Origin: Rhodocyclaceae bacterium
GTDB taxonomy: Bacteria; Pseudomonadota; Gammaproteobacteria; Burkholderiales; Rhodocyclaceae
Assembly: GCA_035283885.1 (NCBI GenBank)
Contig: DATETD010000466.1
Location: 1-34,624, forward strand
Direction of reading: 5' to 3'
Length of the DNA: 34,624 nt
The notes under the pieces are model-generated. The model saw only the letters and a program-made list of their open reading frames with translations. It was not told the DNA's origin and made no database searches. Each line of letters begins with the position of its first letter. Position 1 is the first letter of the stretch. This document shows, piece after piece, positions 26,488-34,378 of the stretch. The position numbers and the translations under genes were made by a program.

Positions 26488-28455
26488 ATGAGTGACTTTC
26501 AAGGAATGGAAGACCTGCTCCAGGATTTCCTGGTGGAGGCGGGCGATCTGCTGTCGGGTGTCGATAACAAACTGGTGGATCTCGAACAAAATCCCAGCGA
26601 TCATGCGCTGCTAAACGAGATATTTCGCGGTTTTCATACGATCAAAGGTGGCGCAGGATTTTTGAATGCGGCGGAGCTGGTTACTCTTTGCCATTTAACC
26701 GAGAATTTGTTCGACCGTTTGCGTAACGGCGAGATGAGTATTTCGGGCGAATTGATGGATGTGATTATGGCGGCGACCGCTGGGGTGCGCGAAATGTTTG
26801 CGCAGCTGGAGTTCGGCACCCAGCCGGATGCGGCAGACCCTGTCGTCTTGTCGAAACTTAAAGCGGCATTGGCTGGACAGTTGGGCGCTGCCCCTCCGGC
26901 GGCGGCGTCCGAGCCTGTGGCAACGTCCAAGCCTGCAGCGACGTCCCCTGTTGCGTTGGCGCCGACGCCCTCTGCGGCAGAGCCGACGGGCCCCGACTGG
27001 AACAATTTGTATGCGGCGGTTACCGGCGCAGCGCCGGTGGCCGCCAGTGTCCCATCCGCGCCGCCGCCGCCGCAAGCGCCCGTAATCGCCGCCGCGCCGC
27101 CACCGCCACCGCCTTTGCCTGCCGTCGCCAGCGGCGAACCCGAGCAGATCATTCAAGCGGCTGTCGGTCGTCGTGCTGCGGATAAACCCGGCGCGGTGGC
27201 GCCCGTTGGGCGTCGCGATGTCGAAAAGACGCGCGATAACTCCATCCGTGTGGATACTTCGCGACTCGATCAGGTGCTGAATTTGTCGGGCGAAATCGGC
27301 TTGACCAAGAATCGTCTGAATGCCTTACGTTCCGACATTCTGAGCGGTCGCTCGGATACCGACACCTTGCATGCGCTGGACCAGGCGGTTAGCCAACTGG
27401 ATTTGCTGGTGTCGGATTTGCAGAACGCAGTCATGAAGACGCGGATGCAGCCTATCGGTCGCTTGTTTCAGAAATATCCGCGTATCGCCCGCGATTTGGC
27501 GCGTAGTTTGGGCAAGGACGTCGAACTGGTGCTGGTCGGCGAAGACACCGAAATCGACAAGACGATGATCGAAGACTTGTCGGACCCGATCATCCACCTC
27601 ATACGCAACGCCGTCGATCATGGCGTCGAATCGACCGAAGAGCGTCGTTCCATGGGGAAATCGGAAAAATCCCAAGTGCGTTTGGAGGCGCGTCAGGAAG
27701 GCGATCATATCGTTCTGATCGTTGCCGACGACGGTAACGGGATGAACGCCGAGCGTTTGCGCGCCAAGGCCTTGGAAAAAGGCCTGATTACCGACGAAGA
27801 AGCCAACACCATGGACGAAAGACAGAGTTTCAATCTGATCTTTATGCCAGGTTTCTCGACCAAGGACGTGGCGTCCGATGTGTCGGGGCGCGGCGTCGGC
27901 ATGGACGTGGTCAAAACCAATATTCAGAAATTGAATGGTTCGATCGAAATCAAATCGGTGATCGGCAAGGGATCGACATTCGTGATTTCCTTGCCATTGA
28001 CGCTGGCGATTTTGCCGGTATTGTTGGTGCAGTTGGGTTCTCAGCCGTTTGCCGTACCCTTGTCGATGGTGCGGGAAATTTTGCCGATCCATCCGAGCGG
28101 GGTGCAAGAGGTCGGCGGTTGCGCGACCATGGTGGTGCGTGGCGAAGTCATGCCGATCTATCCGCTGACCTATCTTTTGGGCTGGGAAGCCGAATTGGTG
28201 CCGGAGTACGGCGTGCTGATGCAAACCTCGGATTGCACCTTTATTTTGGCGATCGACGGTTTCATGGGGCGCGAAGATGCAGTGATCAAATCCTTGGAGG
28301 ATTTCCGTCCCAAGGGCGTGGCGGGGGTGACGACGCTGTCGAACGGGCAGATCGTCTTGATTCTCGATATGAAGGAAGTATTGGGCAATCTCGGCGAGTT
28401 GCGCGGCGTGCCGCGCTCCGTCTTCTTGCGTCCGGAGGATGCCATGGCGGCTTAA
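26488..28455 (+). CDS. cheA: Chemotaxis histidine kinase CheA, second copy, without a recognisable P2 domain
   Basis: 655 aa with a GGGAGG ribosome-binding site. Hpt motif GFHTIKGGAGFLNA. A ~120-aa Ala/Pro/Ser linker includes PPPPPPLP. P3 NSIRVDTSRLDQVLNL. Kinase boxes HLIRNAVDHG, DDGNGM and GRGVGMD. A P5 CheW-like domain follows. Confidence 0.9.
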   Translation: MSDFQGMEDLLQDFLVEAGDLLSGVDNKLVDLEQNPSDHALLNEIFRGFHTIKGGAGFLNAAELVTLCHLTENLFDRLRNGEMSISGELMDVIMAATAGVREMFAQLEFGTQPDAADPVVLSKLKAALAGQLGAAPPAAASEPVATSKPAATSPVALAPTPSAAEPTGPDWNNLYAAVTGAAPVAASVPSAPPPPQAPVIAAAPPPPPPLPAVASGEPEQIIQAAVGRRAADKPGAVAPVGRRDVEKTRDNSIRVDTSRLDQVLNLSGEIGLTKNRLNALRSDILSGRSDTDTLHALDQAVSQLDLLVSDLQNAVMKTRMQPIGRLFQKYPRIARDLARSLGKDVELVLVGEDTEIDKTMIEDLSDPIIHLIRNAVDHGVESTEERRSMGKSEKSQVRLEARQEGDHIVLIVADDGNGMNAERLRAKALEKGLITDEEANTMDERQSFNLIFMPGFSTKDVASDVSGRGVGMDVVKTNIQKLNGSIEIKSVIGKGSTFVISLPLTLAILPVLLVQLGSQPFAVPLSMVREILPIHPSGVQEVGGCATMVVRGEVMPIYPLTYLLGWEAELVPEYGVLMQTSDCTFILAIDGFMGREDAVIKSLEDFRPKGVAGVTTLSNGQIVLILDMKEVLGNLGELRGVPRSVFLRPEDAMAA

Positions 28456-28519
28456 TCGAACCGGGCCGCGGTGTCGATGATCCCGGTATCATTTCCCGTA
28501 GTATCCTATCGTCCGCCAT

Positions 28520-28541
28520 CCGTCTCGCCAGCGCCGACTTT
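28520..28541 (-). repeat. 22-nt dispersed intergenic element, copy 5 (inverted): aaagtcggcgctggcgagacgg
   Basis: It is the reverse complement of ccgtctcgccagcgccgacttt in the cheA2-flhB gap and matches copy 1 at 20/22 positions. Confidence 0.8.
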
Positions 28542-28625
28542 TAATCGCGCCGGCAATTACGACTGATCGATTGGACGATATCTAGAGTTCTTTCTGCCGA
28601 ATAGGCGGGCAAACGATGGCGTGTT

Positions 28626-28641
28626 TGGTGGTTTGTCTGCT
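28626..28641 (+). promoter_or_regulatory. Candidate sigma54 promoter upstream of flhB (TGGtgg-N5-cTGCt)
   Basis: tggtggtttgtctgct has GG and GC with the canonical -24/-12 spacing (consensus TGGCAC-N5-TTGCW), 41 nt upstream of the flhB GTG. A 9-bp inverted repeat gcggcaat-a-attgccgc follows at about 28645-28661. This is a motif match only. Confidence 0.3.
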
Positions 28642-28681
28642 TTAGCGGCGGCAATAATTGCCGCTATGAGAAAGAACGACC

Positions 28682-29830
28682 GTGGCTGACGACAGCGATC
28701 TGGAAAGAACCGAACCCGCGTCTTCGCGGCGCCTGGAACAGGCGCGCGAGGACGGCAATGTACCGCAGTCGCGCGAACTGGCGGCGTTCATGATAATGGC
28801 GACGGGGGTCGCTGTTTTCTGGATTTTGGGCGGCTGGCTGACGCAGCATTCTTCGAATATTCTGCGTTTCGGCCTCGCCTTTCCGCGCGCCGCCGCCTTC
28901 GATGTGGTCCTCGTCTACGCTTCGGTTTTGGCGATGCTGGAGGAAGCCGCGTATATCCTGGCGCCGATATTCGGTTTGACGATCGCCGCCGCGCTGGTGA
29001 CGCCGTTCATGATCGGCGGCGGGGTGTTTGCGCCGAATGCCTTGCGCCTCGATTTCACGCGGATCGATCCGCTGGCGGGATTCGGTCGCATGTTCTCGAT
29101 CCATAGCCTGGCCGAGTTGGTCAAGGCGATCCTGAAAGCCGTGTTGATCGGAGTGGTGGTGTATTGGGTGCTCAAACGCGAACAAGGCAGCGTGTTCGGC
29201 TTACTGGCCCAACCCATCAACAGTAGCTTAGTTTCCTTTGCCGACCTCTTGATTTTTAGCTTGATGGCGCTGGCGGCGGCGCTCGCCGTCATCGCCGCGT
29301 TGGATGTGCCGTTCCAGCTATGGCAATACTATGATCGACTGAAGATGACCTTGGAAGAGTTGAAGCAGGAATCCAAGGAAAGCGAAGGCGATCCGCATCT
29401 TAGGGCGCGCATCCGCAGTCAGCAGCGGGAGATGGCGCGCAATCGCATGATGTCCGAGGTGCCTAAGGCCGACGTGGTCGTGACCAACCCGACGCATTTT
29501 GCCGTCGCGCTGAAATACGACGCCGATAGCATGGAAGCGCCGGTGGTGTTGGCGATGGGGATCAATTTGGTGGCGCAACGCATTCGCGACATCGCTACCG
29601 AGCATCGTATTCCGCTCTTGGAGGCGCCGCCGCTGGCGCGCGCCTTATACCGCCATGCCGAGATTGGCGATGCGATTCCGGCGCCGTTGTATTCGGCGGT
29701 GGCCGAAGTGATGGCGTATGTCTATCAACTGAACCAGTTTATGGCGTCGTCAGGCGGTTTGCTGCCGCCGACGCTGCCGACGGCGATTGCGGTGCCGACA
29801 GGCATGGATCCGGGAGTAGCTGAAGAATGA
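28682..29830 (+). CDS. flhB: Flagellar type III export gate protein FlhB
   Basis: GTG start giving MADDSDLERTEPASSRRLEQAREDGNVPQSRELA, the hallmark FlhB N-terminus. The NPTH autocleavage site is present (VVVTNPTHFAVAL). 382 aa. Confidence 0.95.
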   Translation: MADDSDLERTEPASSRRLEQAREDGNVPQSRELAAFMIMATGVAVFWILGGWLTQHSSNILRFGLAFPRAAAFDVVLVYASVLAMLEEAAYILAPIFGLTIAAALVTPFMIGGGVFAPNALRLDFTRIDPLAGFGRMFSIHSLAELVKAILKAVLIGVVVYWVLKREQGSVFGLLAQPINSSLVSFADLLIFSLMALAAALAVIAALDVPFQLWQYYDRLKMTLEELKQESKESEGDPHLRARIRSQQREMARNRMMSEVPKADVVVTNPTHFAVALKYDADSMEAPVVLAMGINLVAQRIRDIATEHRIPLLEAPPLARALYRHAEIGDAIPAPLYSAVAEVMAYVYQLNQFMASSGGLLPPTLPTAIAVPTGMDPGVAEE

Positions 29831-31932
29831 ATAACAACATCTTGATGTTGCAGGGAATCGTAGGGCGACTGAATATCCGCCAGATGATGGCGCCGATGCT
29901 CATCTTCCTGATTCTGTCGATGATGGTGCTGCCGTTGCCGCCCTTCCTGCTCGACATCTTCTTTACCTTCAATATCGCCATCTCGATCATGGTGTTGTTG
30001 GTGGCGATGTATACCCTGAAGCCGTTGGATTTCTCGATTTTCCCGACGGTGCTGTTGGTGACGACCCTGTTGCGCTTGTCGTTGAACGTAGCGTCGACGC
30101 GGGTGGTTTTATTGCATGGCCATACCGGGCCGGATGCGGCGGGCAAAGTGATCGAGGCGTTCGGTCATTTTCTGGTCGGCGGCAATTACGCTGTGGGTAT
30201 CATCGTTTTTATTATTCTGACATTGATCAATTTCGTGGTGATCACCAAGGGCGCCGGACGGATCGCCGAAGTGACGGCGCGTTTCACCTTGGACGCGATG
30301 CCGGGCAAGCAGATGGCGATCGACGCCGATTTGAATGCGGGGCTGATCGGCGAGGACGAGGCGCGCAAACGTCGCTCGCAGGTGGCGCAGGAAGCGGATT
30401 TTTACGGTTCGATGGACGGCGCCTCGAAATTCGTGCGCGGCGACGCGATCGCCGGCATCTTGATTTTATTCATCAATATCATCGGCGGTTTGATCGTCGG
30501 CATTATTCAGCACGATATGTCGGCGGGGGATGCGGGCGCGACCTACACCTTGCTGACGATCGGCGACGGTTTGGTGGCGCAGATTCCTGCACTGATCATT
30601 TCCACGGCAGCGGGTCTGGTGGTGACGCGGGTGGCGACCGGACAGGATATCGGCCAGCAGTTCGTCGCTCAATTGTTCGGCAATCCGACCATACTGGCGT
30701 TGACCGCCGGGATACTCGGGATACTCGGTTTGATTCCGGGGATGCCGAATCTGGTTTTTCTCAGCTTGGGTTCGGCTTTCGGCTATTTGGCCTGGAGGAT
30801 GGCGCGCAAGCCACCGATTACCGAAGCGCAGAAAGCGGCCGAAAAAGCCGCCGCCGAACCCGCGCCGGCGGTTGCAGCGCAAGAAAACGTCGAAGCCAGT
30901 TGGGCCGACGTACAACCGGTCGATGTGCTGGGTCTGGAAGTGGGGTATCGCTTGATCCCCTTGGTGGATCGCGGCCAGGATGGCGATTTGTTGAAGCGTA
31001 TCCGTGGGCTACGCAAGAAATTTGCGCAGGAAGTCGGTTTTCTCTCGGCGCCGGTGCATATTCGCGACAATCTGGAGTTACGCCCGAATGCCTACAGTCT
31101 GACGCTGAAGGGCGTTTCCATCGGCAACGGCGAAGCGTATCCAGGCATGTATTTGGCGATCGATCCGGGGCGCGTTTCCGGTTCCTTGCCCGGAACGCCG
31201 ACCACCGATCCGGCGTTCGGTTTGCCGGCGGTATGGATCGACTCCAGTTTGCGCGAACAGGCGCATGTCTTCGGCTATACCGTGGTCGACGCCAGCACGG
31301 TGGTGGCGACGCATTTGAACCACATCATTCTGTCGCATGCCGCCGAACTGCTCGGACGGCAGGAAACCCAGGCCTTGCTCGATCATGTCGCCAAGGACGC
31401 GCCTAAGCTCGTCGAGGATTTGGTGCCGAAACTATTGCCGCTATCGACCTTGCAACGCGTTTTACAAAATTTGCTCGAAGAGGGCGTGAATATTCGCGAT
31501 ATGCGCACCATTATCGAAACCTTGGCCGAGCATGCGCCGCGCAATCAGGATGCGCTCGAACTGACGGCCAAAGTACGGATTGCTTTAGGTCGCGCGATCG
31601 TGCAGCAACTTTATCCGGAAGGAAGCGATATGCAGGTGATGGCGATCGAGCCGGGGCTGGAGCGTTTGCTCGGACAAGCGCTGCAAGCGGGCGGGGATGC
31701 TTCGGGGATTGAACCGGGTCTGGCCGATACCTTGCTGCGTGAAACGGCGGCGGCTTCGCAACGACAGGAGGATCAAGGTTTGCCGGCGGTATTGCTGGTG
31801 CCGGGACATCTGCGCTGGCTGCTCTCGCGCTTCTTGCGTCGTGTCGTGCCGCAATTGAAGGTGATCGCCAATGCGGAAGTTCCGGATTCCAGAACGATCA
31901 AAGTGACGACGATTATTGGAGCCGCTAAATGA
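29827..31932 (+). CDS. flhA: Flagellar type III export gate protein FlhA
   Basis: 701 aa. An ATGA overlap with the flhB stop suggests translational coupling. Family blocks are present: AEVTARFTLDAMPGKQMAIDADL, FYGSMDGASKFVRGDAIAG and a C-terminal cytoplasmic domain. Confidence 0.95.
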   Translation: MNNNILMLQGIVGRLNIRQMMAPMLIFLILSMMVLPLPPFLLDIFFTFNIAISIMVLLVAMYTLKPLDFSIFPTVLLVTTLLRLSLNVASTRVVLLHGHTGPDAAGKVIEAFGHFLVGGNYAVGIIVFIILTLINFVVITKGAGRIAEVTARFTLDAMPGKQMAIDADLNAGLIGEDEARKRRSQVAQEADFYGSMDGASKFVRGDAIAGILILFINIIGGLIVGIIQHDMSAGDAGATYTLLTIGDGLVAQIPALIISTAAGLVVTRVATGQDIGQQFVAQLFGNPTILALTAGILGILGLIPGMPNLVFLSLGSAFGYLAWRMARKPPITEAQKAAEKAAAEPAPAVAAQENVEASWADVQPVDVLGLEVGYRLIPLVDRGQDGDLLKRIRGLRKKFAQEVGFLSAPVHIRDNLELRPNAYSLTLKGVSIGNGEAYPGMYLAIDPGRVSGSLPGTPTTDPAFGLPAVWIDSSLREQAHVFGYTVVDASTVVATHLNHIILSHAAELLGRQETQALLDHVAKDAPKLVEDLVPKLLPLSTLQRVLQNLLEEGVNIRDMRTIIETLAEHAPRNQDALELTAKVRIALGRAIVQQLYPEGSDMQVMAIEPGLERLLGQALQAGGDASGIEPGLADTLLRETAAASQRQEDQGLPAVLLVPGHLRWLLSRFLRRVVPQLKVIANAEVPDSRTIKVTTIIGAAK

Positions 31933-33485
31933 CTGTAAAACGCTTTGTGGGCGCATCGGCGCGCGAATGTTTTCGCCGCGTCAAGGAAGAGTTGGGGCCG
32001 GATGCGATCGTGATTTCAAATAAGCCATTGGACGACGGTTCGGTGGAAATCGTCGCCAGTTCGCCCGAAAGCCTGGATGCATTGTCGGCGCAAGCCCATG
32101 CGCCGCGCGGCGCGGCCTTGACTTCGCGTATGCCCTCGTGGGCCGAGTCGCCGGCGGGTAAACATCGAGCGCCGCCTAAACCGGCGGCCCATCCTGCGCC
32201 GCCGCCGACCGAGGACGATTACACCGTCACCTTGTCGTCTAAAGGCGCGTTGAAACCGGCGTTGGTGCGACCCTGGACGCCGTATGCGATCAATTCGGCG
32301 CCGGCGCCGGCGCCGGCAGCGCCGATGGCGGAACCGCGCGCTTCGGTGCGTCCCGCAGCGCGCAAAGCGGCGGCGCCCGCCGACTTCGGCGCGCCCGGCG
32401 GACGCCCAGGCGTCAGAGCAGCGACGCCGCGTAGCGACGAGTATCGGGAGACGCCGCTTAAGGAGCCGGCAAGTCGCGCCAGAGAAGGCGTTCGCGACGC
32501 GCCTCGGCAAGCGACCGACCCGCAGGTGAGCCCGCAGGTGAGTCAGTTGATGGAAGAGATGCGGGTGATCAAAAGCTTGCTGGAGCATCAATTGTCGGGT
32601 TTTGCTTGGGGGGATATGATTAAGGAAAGCCCGATGAAAGTGCAATTGCTCGGCGAAATGATAGAAGCCGGTTTTTCAGGACAATTGACTCGACGCCTGA
32701 TTCAGGAAATGCCGGAAAATCCGAACCAGTCCGAAGGGCTGAAATGGATGATGGCGGCGGTCAATCGGCGCTTGCGCACCTTGCCGACCGAATCCGATTT
32801 CATCGACCGCGGCGGGGTGTATGCCTTGGTGGGACCGACGGGCGTCGGTAAGACGACGACGACGGCCAAGCTCGCCGCGCGTTGCGTGGTGCGTTACGGC
32901 GCCGAGCGTCTGGCCTTGATGACGACCGACAACTTCCGCATCGGTGCGCACGAGCAGTTGCGCGTTTATGGCCGCATCCTCGGCGTGCCGGTGTTCGTGG
33001 TGCGCGACGGCGAGGATTTGCGCCGCACCTTGGCGGATTTGCGCGATAAGCATATGGTGCTGATCGATACGGTGGGCATGAGTCAGCGCGATCGCATGGT
33101 GGCCGAGCAGGCGGCGATGCTGACGCGCAGCGGCGAGGTGAATCGCCTGTTGTTGCTGAACGCCGGTTGCCGCGGCGACACCTTGGACGATGTGATACGC
33201 GCGTATTCGGGCGAAGATCTGGCGGGATGTATTCTGACTAAAGTCGACGAGGCGACGGCGTTGGCGCCGGCGTTGGATTGCATTATTCGCCATGGCTTGA
33301 CCTTGAGTTATGTGGCGAACGGTCAACGCGTGCCCGAAGATCTTCATTTGCCCAACCGCAATTACATTCTGCACCGGGCTTTCAAAGTCGGCGCCGGCGA
33401 GACGGCTCATCGCCTAAAACCGGACGAATTGGCGATGACCTATTCCATGAACAAAGAAACCAGGGAAGGGGCCTCGCATGCTTGA
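31929..33485 (+). CDS. flhF: Flagellar placement SRP-type GTPase FlhF
   Basis: ATGA overlap with the flhA stop. N-terminus MTVKRFVGASARECFRRVKEELGPDAIVIS, a basic Pro/Ala-rich B region, and an NG domain with GPTGVGKTTT, DTVGMS and TKVDE. Confidence 0.9.
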   Translation: MTVKRFVGASARECFRRVKEELGPDAIVISNKPLDDGSVEIVASSPESLDALSAQAHAPRGAALTSRMPSWAESPAGKHRAPPKPAAHPAPPPTEDDYTVTLSSKGALKPALVRPWTPYAINSAPAPAPAAPMAEPRASVRPAARKAAAPADFGAPGGRPGVRAATPRSDEYRETPLKEPASRAREGVRDAPRQATDPQVSPQVSQLMEEMRVIKSLLEHQLSGFAWGDMIKESPMKVQLLGEMIEAGFSGQLTRRLIQEMPENPNQSEGLKWMMAAVNRRLRTLPTESDFIDRGGVYALVGPTGVGKTTTTAKLAARCVVRYGAERLALMTTDNFRIGAHEQLRVYGRILGVPVFVVRDGEDLRRTLADLRDKHMVLIDTVGMSQRDRMVAEQAAMLTRSGEVNRLLLLNAGCRGDTLDDVIRAYSGEDLAGCILTKVDEATALAPALDCIIRHGLTLSYVANGQRVPEDLHLPNRNYILHRAFKVGAGETAHRLKPDELAMTYSMNKETREGASHA

Positions 33486-34326
33486 GGGAATGGGCTATAT
33501 CGCCGGGGATCAGGCCGACGGCTTGCGTCGGCTATTCGGGGTTCCCGATCCCCAGGTGTTGGCCTTCGTCGCGGGAGGCGAGTCGTGCGGGCGCACCACG
33601 TTGTTGGCGCAAACCTCGCTGGCCTTGGCGCATGCCGGGCAAGGGGTGGTGGCGATCGACGAAAACTCCGGCCCGGATAATCTATTCGACGCTCTTGGCC
33701 TCAAGCCGCGTGGCGATTTATTGGACGTGGTGCAAAACGGTCGAGCGCCGCAGCAGGCGATGTTGCCGGCGGCGCCGTTGTTGACGATGGTGGCGGCGTC
33801 GCGTTTGGCCGAATGTTTGCAGTATGTCGATGTCGAAGCGGCGGATCGTCTCGACGATGGGCTGAGAGAGATTCATCGGGGATCGTCGTTCGTATTGATC
33901 GATAGCGCGATCGGGCGGGGCGGTTATCTTTCGCCGTTGACGCTGGCGGCGCGCCATATCGTGGTCGTGCTGACGGCGCAAGGTTCGTCGATTACGCAGA
34001 CGTATTCGTTCGTCAAGCGATTGGCGCGAGAAAGCGGGCGCGACGAATTTCAGGTGGTGATAACCCGTGCGCGTAACGAACACGAGGCGGCAGCGATCTT
34101 CGAGAATATCCGCCATACGGCCCATCGTCATCTGGGGGTGCGTCTGGAGTATCTCGGCGCCTCGCGCGTACCGGTGACCGACGATCTGTCCGGGGTGTTG
34201 ACGCGTCGCTGGTCGTCGATGTTGAGCGAGCATCGACCGGGCGGCTTTTTGCAATTTCGCACCCATTCGCTGCAAGGCGAGGCATACACCCGGCAGACCG
34301 AGGAATTTTTGGAAACAGTGGTATAG
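33478..34326 (+). CDS. flhG: FlhG/FleN-like MinD/ParA-family protein with a degenerate Walker A motif
   Basis: It overlaps the flhF 3' end by 8 nt. It is collinear with P. aeruginosa FleN (VLAFVAGGESCGRTTLLAQTSLALAHAGQGVVAIDENSGPDNLFDALGL versus [49 protein letters not shown], the latter from memory). The N-terminus carries DQADGLR. The position between flhF and fliA supports the call. Confidence 0.75.
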   Translation: MLEGMGYIAGDQADGLRRLFGVPDPQVLAFVAGGESCGRTTLLAQTSLALAHAGQGVVAIDENSGPDNLFDALGLKPRGDLLDVVQNGRAPQQAMLPAAPLLTMVAASRLAECLQYVDVEAADRLDDGLREIHRGSSFVLIDSAIGRGGYLSPLTLAARHIVVVLTAQGSSITQTYSFVKRLARESGRDEFQVVITRARNEHEAAAIFENIRHTAHRHLGVRLEYLGASRVPVTDDLSGVLTRRWSSMLSEHRPGGFLQFRTHSLQGEAYTRQTEEFLETVV

Positions 34327-34378
34327 TTGATATCGATGGATGTCATAACCTTTAGATTCGATAGAGCCGATAGAACCG

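Noticed and set aside
28460-28487. A hairpin accggg-N16-cccggt after cheA2 as a terminator.
   Set aside because: It has only a 6-bp stem with a 16-nt loop and no U-tract.
34345-34373. A sigma28-like box GCCGATAG just upstream of fliA.
   Set aside because: The box ends only 5 nt before the fliA ATG. There is no acceptable TAAAGTTT-like -35 element at N11 spacing. It is likely a chance match.
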